A DNA stretch of 64,000 nucleotides. It comes from a virus. This document shows, piece by piece, positions 27,901-34,296 of this stretch; within the stretch, counting starts at the first letter, position 1; every line of letters begins with the position of its first letter. Both the position numbers and the translations under genes were made by a program. Below the pieces are notes generated by a model. That model was not told where the DNA came from. It made no database searches and saw nothing but the letters and a program-made list of their open reading frames with translations. The stretch is taken from positions 1 to 64,000 of IMG/VR virus record IMGVR_UViG_3300027861_000011; one strand, 5' to 3'.

Positions 27901-28015
27901 TCCAGAATCCACAAATGATATAAAAGGAAAATTAGGTGAGGTGACTAGGGATAATGACTATATTTATATTAAGAGCGAGAGCGGTTGGAAGAGGTCTAAC
28001 TTAGAAACATTTTAA
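24992..28015 (+). CDS. Tail fibre/spike with GGxxN repeats and peptidase S74 intramolecular chaperone
   Basis: 'ILGGxxN' repeats; 'ASDARLKTNINNLESALDKVLNLRGVSYEW...GLIAQEV' S74 signature; extra C-terminal domain. Confidence 0.85.
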   Translation: MAFRTKLDYSDNRQINQRQRTFTNLEGGSVFGVAYSAMTTGVDPTCIASTEEYVFTGSTFSGNGTTTMYTWFDQRMEIAAYTLSALTSSNSGETQNTGNVFVIDTTATTVDGYTYTLTYTGTSFDVFVDTMYSGAGPVFTGTVSHDFVEFLSACSLDYSGTTLWFDNPEKTRTKRLVITENATPNYVWTCVNADGLGGWLPSSGGTTGSTDTFVTGGTLNGTNLDLTWNTGGSVPSIDLSSLSAGGGAFTSTTANNRIVPTNTLSNSVSSDNSSILGGDSNTINTNSGRSIIVGGRGNGVEGEYSFIGNGLGNSISGRGFWNTVINGNNNDLSLDPSSNYNTVVGNSHSITGTSLVANSILGGQNNSIHTRGGSNPINSSIMGGSNNTVYGPDNVVIIGGEGNLIDIIPDRAVIAGGENNNISGESDDSFIGGGVGNIIDTSGFRNSIVGGQNNSIEGSISNSVILGGQNITGTTDDTVYVPNLNIDTLGVGTSVNNLGIDSSGNVVTGTTGPWTAGTANNTAALIGYTGLTNNPDTAYFEHGVTDMISGSTFSGNTIDMNDGLNSPLTLSHDDQFGGTEFLKLDSTILLQRNVSNYLSVANGVVFLKSSNQSSVQAANTKLEVKTSFGIFTSTNNPGGDASIHAFKSNASSGSVDSGGLQNGELSAEIVFGGPRNGVFDYDGVMGTGLGVAATGTTGREFMPVFISAPRAQARDNTSYSSIVNSVFLGGSDNTMLTGVTGSAIVGGTGHTIDTGVIRTVVLGGIDISATTSDMVYVPDLVIDGLNSTDPLATDANGKIIAGASDARLKTNINNLESALDKVLNLRGVSYEWTEESNMGAGITKYGLIAQEVQKVIPDMVRLRAKADDTLTLSYTEIVPWLIEAIKELASDDSPLIKREELIFETQTIVSEDNNIELNFNGSHDSALNGGMKVIKGINDTTDSEFKINSDGDWVTNNYIKPFGLTLPRFTPESTNDIKGKLGEVTRDNDYIYIKSESGWKRSNLETF

Positions 28016-28017
28016 GT

Positions 28018-30177
28018 ATGGGTAATTTAAAGAATTATAATTTTAATAAGATTGATGCTTTTTTAAGTAATAGTGCATACTATGACTTTTATTTAGCACA
28101 GGATGGTTATGCTACCCATACAATGTATGATGGTATTATAACTGATTGTTTAATTGCACACTTCGATTTTAATGATAGTAACACATTTGGTTCTGGTACA
28201 ACATCCGCTAATACAATATATAGTCTTGTTACATGGACTGGTGCCACTAATACTGGATATACATTTCAAACATTCGGGCTTACTGGAATTGATAATGGTT
28301 ATATTCCGTTAGAAAATAATCAAACGTTATTATCTGCTTTAACTGGAACTACAATAATAATTGCTTCTGGTGATACAAGACTAACTCTTAATAGGGTTAG
28401 TGGTGTGACTGGTAATTATGTTTATCCGTTAGAATATTCTTTAGATTTAGAAATAGAAGAAAACTATATGGGGTTCTGTGGTGGATTCTATCAAGGTTAT
28501 TATAAGCTTGATGGTTATTCATATGAAGTGTTACCAACTAGAGTACCTAAAGCTTGGGTTGCTGAATTTATACTTAAGAAAGATGAAACACTTTGTTCTA
28601 CTGGAACAACTGGAACAACACTTAATGATACTTACCCAGACAATAAAGGATTCTTCTTTTATATGGGTACAAGAGCTGAAAATAAGTATTGGAATATATT
28701 TGAAGGTAATAACACTGGTTGTACTAGTGGTTGTACATCTGATAGTGGTTGTACTGGTACAGTTACAACTTTCTGTACAGTACCAAAAGAAACACAAATA
28801 GCAATAAGTGGTGATAGTGGTTATCCAATTAGACTTAGCCCACCACCACTAATTGTAGATGTAATAACTAACCCCTTCTTAATATATGGTAGAGCTAATG
28901 ATAATAATAGATGTGGTACATGTGGAGCTAGTACTGGATTGGGTGATAAAACAGCTTGCAATTATAGTGGTGGTGGTGTAACTATTACGGGTTATACTCA
29001 ACAAGTTACTAACACTGAAAACCCCTTCTTAATATATGGTAGAGCTAATGATAATAATAGATGTGGTACATGTGGAGCTAGTACTGGATTTGGTAATGAA
29101 ACAGTGTGTTCGTTTAGTGGTTTTACATCACCTTTACTTGAATTAGATAGGGATGCTGATATAATTGATAATGCAATTGGTTTTAGAATTAAAGATGATG
29201 GTAGTATTGGTTATAGGGCTCTTAAATTAACTGGTTATTGTATTGATGACGTATACACAACTGGTGTAACTGTAGAGGAACAATATTCTGAACCTGGAAT
29301 AATTACTGATGGTGAATGGGAACAAGTTGCTATTAGATTTGTAATGCCAGAATATGATGAGTGTGATTTAAAGGATGGTAAACCTAGAAAGGGTAAGCTT
29401 ATGTTTTATGTTGGGTGTTTATTAAAGTTCGTTGTTGAGGAAGTCGATGAATTTATAGCTAGAAGACTCAATGAATATAAGGATAAGCAATTAGGTGTTC
29501 CATTTAATATTAGTCTCGGTGGTGGTTCACAAGGTCTTTTAGAGTCAATGACGTTTGATGGTCAAGACCCAGATGATTTAGGTTTATCAATCCAAGAAAA
29601 CTTCGCTGGAACATTTATTGGTGGAATATCACAATTCAGATTCTATGATTGCGATTTGAATTGGTGCGATTTGAAAAATAATTGTGCTGATGACTGTAAA
29701 AGATATGATATATGTGCTGGGTGTAAGTCTGAATTGACCATTCCGTTGGAGTCACTATTAGCACCAGGAACAGCACCAGCACCAGCGCCAGCACCAGCGC
29801 CAGCACCAGCGCCAGCACCAGCACCAGCACCAGCGCCAGCGCCTCAGAGTAATAGCACGATATATTATGGTAAAATAAATAAAACAACAATACTTAGTGG
29901 TGACACAAGTTCGTTGTTAAGTGATGTTAGGGTACAGTTAGTTGGTAGTCATGTGGAATTACCTAGTGGACCAGGTTATGGTTATATTTTAATACCAGAT
30001 ACAATGGATAGCCCATCTGTATTTAGGAATAGTACTAGTGGATGTGCTGGATTCTCAATACCTTTTATGTTACAAAATGATATAGTATTAACTTTATCGG
30101 GTAACCAATATATTTATAAAGTATACAGAACATTTGTCTCAACTCAATCATTAATTAACGTTTGGGCTTGTGTTTAA
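28018..30177 (+). CDS. Cys-rich structural protein (LamG-like core) with (Ala-Pro)12 linker and appended domain
   Basis: 'FIGGISQFRFY' LamG-like ending, duplicated CxxC segment, AP repeat. Confidence 0.65.
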   Translation: MGNLKNYNFNKIDAFLSNSAYYDFYLAQDGYATHTMYDGIITDCLIAHFDFNDSNTFGSGTTSANTIYSLVTWTGATNTGYTFQTFGLTGIDNGYIPLENNQTLLSALTGTTIIIASGDTRLTLNRVSGVTGNYVYPLEYSLDLEIEENYMGFCGGFYQGYYKLDGYSYEVLPTRVPKAWVAEFILKKDETLCSTGTTGTTLNDTYPDNKGFFFYMGTRAENKYWNIFEGNNTGCTSGCTSDSGCTGTVTTFCTVPKETQIAISGDSGYPIRLSPPPLIVDVITNPFLIYGRANDNNRCGTCGASTGLGDKTACNYSGGGVTITGYTQQVTNTENPFLIYGRANDNNRCGTCGASTGFGNETVCSFSGFTSPLLELDRDADIIDNAIGFRIKDDGSIGYRALKLTGYCIDDVYTTGVTVEEQYSEPGIITDGEWEQVAIRFVMPEYDECDLKDGKPRKGKLMFYVGCLLKFVVEEVDEFIARRLNEYKDKQLGVPFNISLGGGSQGLLESMTFDGQDPDDLGLSIQENFAGTFIGGISQFRFYDCDLNWCDLKNNCADDCKRYDICAGCKSELTIPLESLLAPGTAPAPAPAPAPAPAPAPAPAPAPAPQSNSTIYYGKINKTTILSGDTSSLLSDVRVQLVGSHVELPSGPGYGYILIPDTMDSPSVFRNSTSGCAGFSIPFMLQNDIVLTLSGNQYIYKVYRTFVSTQSLINVWACV
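28870..29090 (+). repeat. Identical 71-bp direct repeat, 150 bp apart
   Basis: 28870-28940 = 29020-29090, encoding NPFLIYGRANDNNRCGTCGASTG. Confidence 0.95.
29773..29844 (+). repeat. Hexanucleotide tandem repeat (GCACCA/GCGCCA)x12 encoding (Ala-Pro)12
   Basis: Directly visible. Confidence 0.95.
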
Positions 30178-30200
30178 TAAAAAATAAAATAGTTATATAG

Positions 30201-30689
30201 ATGTCAGATTTTAATTTGAACGGTGGTATTGGTGTGATGGGATTCATTAGCCCCATGAACACCGAAGATACGTATTCAGTTATTGACCCAATATATGGTA
30301 TTGATGGACTGAGGAATGTAGATGGAGTTTCAGACCTTAATAATATAACAATCGAGAGGCGTAGAGCTGGGATGTTGGTAGGTGTTGGTGGTGGAGAATC
30401 TTATTATAAATTAAAAAACATAATATGGGACTTAACTATAAATGATTGGGAGCCATTCACATTAACTAATGAAGTTAATTACGCTGATAAAGAGACACCA
30501 TTAGGTGATATAGATGATGTTAATAAAAACTTTACATTACAAAATACACCAACATTATATAGTGAACATATTTACATAAACGGAATACTACAGGAAGAGT
30601 TATATGATTATACTATGAGTGCTAACACTATTTCGTTTATTGAATCTCCGTGGATAGGGGCAAGGATTAAATGTTCATACAGATATTAA
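30201..30689 (+). CDS. Small structural protein with phage beta-sandwich domain
   Basis: C-terminal 'G.ID.VNKNFTL...E.IYINGILQ...DYT.S.NTISF..SP..G..I...Y' module typical of baseplate/fibre proteins. Confidence 0.6.
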   Translation: MSDFNLNGGIGVMGFISPMNTEDTYSVIDPIYGIDGLRNVDGVSDLNNITIERRRAGMLVGVGGGESYYKLKNIIWDLTINDWEPFTLTNEVNYADKETPLGDIDDVNKNFTLQNTPTLYSEHIYINGILQEELYDYTMSANTISFIESPWIGARIKCSYRY

Positions 30690-30770
30690 GATAATAAATT
30701 ACCTAAAGGGTGTTTCTTAATATATATAAGAAATATTACTGAGTTTAAAATTAAAAAATAGATAAAAAAA

Positions 30771-30808
30771 GGGGTATTAAACATTACGTTTAATACCCCC
30801 ATTTTTTT
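30771..30808. terminator. Bidirectional intrinsic terminator
   Basis: GGGGTATTAAAC-attac-GTTTAATACCCC 12-bp stem flanked by A7 and T8 between convergent genes. Confidence 0.85.
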
Positions 30809-30865
30809 TGTGAAATAATATATATTATATATTATTTACTATGATGGTTTATCACCTTCAGGTAT

Positions 30866-32776
30866 TTATGCCCTAGGAGCTATCTTATCTCCATCACCTA
30901 ATGGGGGCTCTCCACCTTCAGCATTAGGGTCAACGATTCCAGATTCTACTTGTGAAATATTACCAGCTGGGTTGCCTGGAGTTTGAGCACCAAAGGTTGG
31001 TATTCCATACTCAACCATAATACCACCCTCAGCAGCCAACATTTTAGATTCACCATTTAGAGTTATAGACACCAAAGATTTGTCTTCTCCTATAGTAGCA
31101 GTATAATCTCCTAGTTCTTCGTCTAACAACAAACCATTCATATAGAACATAAACGAACTAGCCATATATTCTTCTCCCAAATAAACTATACCTGTTTTAT
31201 CATCATAATTACCAGGGTCAACAGTAGTTCTTCTAGGGGCGAATGATATAACGTTTTCCAACATTGCTCTATTAACTCCAGTTATTATTTCATCCATTGA
31301 ATTAATACCTGGTGTAGTGTTAAATATCGCTTCATTTACTCTAACATCTAAAGCTTCATCGCCACTAATTCTAGCAATTGCTTCAGCATCAATAGCAGCT
31401 TGTAGTTCCGTTTTAGAATTCTGTGCGCTTTTAGATAAAGCATCTAAATTTTTGGCTAATCCATCTTCTGCTGCTAAAGCTCTTTCTTCTTCAGCAAAAA
31501 TAGCATTTTCGATTTCAGCTTCAGCATCCTCTGCTCTTTTAGTTTCAGCATCTAAATTATCTTGAAGGTTAACAATTTCAGCATCAGCAACAACTTTTGC
31601 AGCAGCAATTTCAGCATCAGAAGTAGCTTTTGCAGCAACTATTGCAGCGTCAGCAGCAGCTTTATCAGAAGCATGTAAAGCTTCTAAAGCATCTGTGTAT
31701 TCCTTAGCAGAAGCTAAAGTCGCAGAATCTCCAGAAATTCTAGCAGCTATTTCACCAGCTAATTCAGAAGTGTGAGTTCCTAATGCAGCAGTAATAGCAG
31801 CAGAAAGGTCACTATCGGCAGCTTGAAATGCTCCAACAACTTCAGTTAAAGAATCCAAGGCAGATGGGTCAACATTAGAAATGATATCAGCGATTTGGTT
31901 ACTCAATTCTAATTCAGCAGCATCAGAAGCAGCTTGATTAGCATCAACCTCAGCTTGTAAAGCAGCAATTGAAGAATCAGAATCAACTTTTGCAGCAGCA
32001 TCAGCAGCTTTATAAGCCAAATCCATAGCAGCAAATGCAGCATCAGCATCAGCTTCGTTTTGGTTAACGTCAACTTGTAAAGCAGCAGTAGCAGCATCAG
32101 CAACAACTTTTGCAGCAACTATTGCAGCGTCAGCAGCATCTTTTGCAGCAGCAATTTCACCATCAGAAGTAGCTTTTGCAGCAACTATTGCAGCGTCAGC
32201 AGCATCTTTTGCAGCAGCAATTTCACCATCAGAAGTAGCTTTTGCAGCAACTATTGCAGCGTCAGCAGCAGCTTTTGCAGCAACTATTGCAGCGTCAGCA
32301 GCAGCTTTATCAGAAGCATGTAAAGCTTCTAAAGCATCTGTGTATACCTTAGCAGAAGCTAAAGTCGCAGCATCTCCAGAAATTCTAGCTTCAATTTCAG
32401 CACCTAATTCAGAAGTGTGAGTTCCTAATGCAGCAGTAATAGCAGCAGAAAGGTCACCATCAGCAGCTTGAAATGCTCCAACAACTTCAGTTAAAGAATC
32501 CAAGGCAGATGGGTCAACATTAGAAATGATATCAGCGATTTGGTTACTCAATTCTAATTCAGCAGCTCTTGCAGCAGCAGCTTCAGTAGATATAGCCTCA
32601 GCGTTTACCGCTTCAGCAGCTCCAGCTCTTTTTGACTCAGCATCTAAATTATCAGTTAATAAGGTTAGGTCACCTTCTAATCCAGGTAAATCACTTTTCT
32701 CTATACCTATCGGTTCGTTGATAATTGCATTATCTAATCGTTTTAACGATTGTTTATTTAAATCTATTTTAGACAT
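30866..32776 (-). CDS. Ala-rich coiled-coil fibre-like virion protein with internal duplications
   Basis: Heptad-like Ala/Asp/Glu repeats; 'SNVDPSALDSLTEVVGAFQAAD' twice; C-terminal beta module 'FYMNGLLLDE..GDYT'. Confidence 0.7.
   Translation of the reverse strand: MSKIDLNKQSLKRLDNAIINEPIGIEKSDLPGLEGDLTLLTDNLDAESKRAGAAEAVNAEAISTEAAAARAAELELSNQIADIISNVDPSALDSLTEVVGAFQAADGDLSAAITAALGTHTSELGAEIEARISGDAATLASAKVYTDALEALHASDKAAADAAIVAAKAAADAAIVAAKATSDGEIAAAKDAADAAIVAAKATSDGEIAAAKDAADAAIVAAKVVADAATAALQVDVNQNEADADAAFAAMDLAYKAADAAAKVDSDSSIAALQAEVDANQAASDAAELELSNQIADIISNVDPSALDSLTEVVGAFQAADSDLSAAITAALGTHTSELAGEIAARISGDSATLASAKEYTDALEALHASDKAAADAAIVAAKATSDAEIAAAKVVADAEIVNLQDNLDAETKRAEDAEAEIENAIFAEEERALAAEDGLAKNLDALSKSAQNSKTELQAAIDAEAIARISGDEALDVRVNEAIFNTTPGINSMDEIITGVNRAMLENVISFAPRRTTVDPGNYDDKTGIVYLGEEYMASSFMFYMNGLLLDEELGDYTATIGEDKSLVSITLNGESKMLAAEGGIMVEYGIPTFGAQTPGNPAGNISQVESGIVDPNAEGGEPPLGDGDKIAPRA
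31626..32565 (-). repeat. About 295-bp near-identical direct repeat (31626-31920 vs 32271-32565) plus 66-bp tandem units near 32108-32270
   Basis: 645-bp offset copies read directly; 22-aa unit AKATSDGEIAAAKDAADAAIVA. Confidence 0.9.
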
Positions 32777-33057
32777 AATTTTTGTTTTTTATTTTATTTT
32801 ATTATTATTATTATTATTATAACGTGTTCGTTTACACAAGAAAATTAATTTTCTTTTGGGGATGAATAAAAATATGAATATGAATTTTAGATTAACCTGG
32901 AATATGATGTGAGGAGATTCCTCTATATTCCACTTGATAGTAATTTAAATAAGATGTAAATTTTAATATAAATAAGAATACACATTGTGCATTCACGTAT
33001 TATAAATATGTGTTAATTTTTAAAAAGACTATTTTTTTTTTAATTAAAATTAAAAAC

Positions 33058-33291
33058 TTAAATATTGTAAATTAGATTTTTTAAGTTTTTGATTGCATTC
33101 GTGTATGATAAAGGGGTGCAGCTACCTTCTTCTGTTAGATATAGATTAACTAAATCTAATAGTTCGTCATTAGATTTAAATGAAAAATTAGTTTTACCCT
33201 TAACTTTTTCAGCCTTTAGTTTTTGATTGTTTAGCTTTAAAAAAGCGGCTAGGTATAAATCTGTTGTTTTGTAGTTTTTAGTTTCTTTCAT
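33058..33291 (-). CDS. Small phage protein (DUF5659-like)
   Basis: 'YKTTDLYLAAFL', 'F.F...ELLDLV..Y...G...P..Y.NAIKNLK..IY' pattern. Confidence 0.6.
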   Translation of the reverse strand: MKETKNYKTTDLYLAAFLKLNNQKLKAEKVKGKTNFSFKSNDELLDLVNLYLTEEGSCTPLSYTNAIKNLKNLIYNI

Positions 33292-33339
33292 GGTTATGTT
33301 TAGTTCCTACATATAAATATAATAAAATAGATTAAAGAT

Positions 33340-33900
33340 TTATTTTTTATTTATTTTATTAACATATAATTGTATTATTTTATCTTTATCCTCATCCGAT
33401 TTAGTGTGGACCCATAACCATAAATAAGACTTTTCAAAGTCAATGAATTTTTGTTTTTCCATATTTAATAACAACCTTAATGTGCTAACATGTTCTTCCT
33501 TAAGGTTAACCTCAACATTTAATTCATTACCTATTACAGATAAACCAATTAAATCATTTGTATCATAAGCTAATTTAGCTGAATTATATAACCCCAAAAA
33601 CTCATCTGTCTTTATTGAATCAGGGTGGGTTTTTTTCATCACATCTCTAAAAATCTTTTTCATTAATTTTTTAGTTTCTGGTGTTAATTCTTCGTCAGCT
33701 ATTTTTTTAATAACTTTAATATCTTTATTTATTGGTTTTACCTCACTATCCACGTCTGGTTGTTTAACACCACAATTCACCTCTTCAATAAATTTTGATG
33801 TGTATTTATCTATAACCTCTTTTTTATATTCTTCATCTAACTTAAGTAAGTCATATTCCTTAAGTAATTTTTGTATTTCTAATTTCTTTAAAGTGTCCAT
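33340..33900 (-). CDS. J-domain (DnaJ-like) co-chaperone
   Basis: 'KKIFRDVMKKTHPD...LYNSAKLAY' helix II-HPD-helix III. Confidence 0.65.
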   Translation of the reverse strand: MDTLKKLEIQKLLKEYDLLKLDEEYKKEVIDKYTSKFIEEVNCGVKQPDVDSEVKPINKDIKVIKKIADEELTPETKKLMKKIFRDVMKKTHPDSIKTDEFLGLYNSAKLAYDTNDLIGLSVIGNELNVEVNLKEEHVSTLRLLLNMEKQKFIDFEKSYLWLWVHTKSDEDKDKIIQLYVNKINKK

Positions 33901-34066
33901 ATTCTATAAATATTACAATTAAGACTATATAAGTTAGTTTTTAGAAATAATTGTGATAATGACTTTGAAAAATATTATATGTGTTGGGTGTAGGCTATTA
34001 TATATTGATACTTAATTAATGTGGAACCTTACTTATATTATAGAATTAGTTAAAATACTATAGTAA

Positions 34067-34092
34067 TAATTTTAACTTATAAGTTAAAATTA
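34067..34092. repeat. Perfect 26-bp palindrome TAATTTTAACTTATAAGTTAAAATTA
   Basis: Verified as its own reverse complement; abuts ATATTTATA at 34094. Confidence 0.9.
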
Positions 34093-34296
34093 CATATTTA
34101 TATAATAAACATTTACTGTAGTAAATTTAAACATGTTGTAATTAACTTAAGATAGTTTTTATGTTTCGGTAAAATTAAAAAATTATACTAGTAGTAAGGT
34201 AATAGAAAATGTAATAAATAATTACACAATAAAAGATGTTGTGTTGGTGTTTCAACTGGAACATATAAGATAATAATAAGATAAAGATATAAAATA

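Noticed and set aside
30839-30868. Stop read-through extending the Ala-rich protein by IPEGDKPS
   Set aside because: Only 8 codons, with no recoding signal; probably a relic or chance.
28870-32565. CRISPR-like or non-coding repeat array
   Set aside because: All repeats found are in-frame protein repeats; no constant repeat with unique spacers of regular length.
34236-34268. 10-aa uORF MLCWCFNWNI upstream of the fibre gene
   Set aside because: Too short, with no supporting conservation or signals visible.
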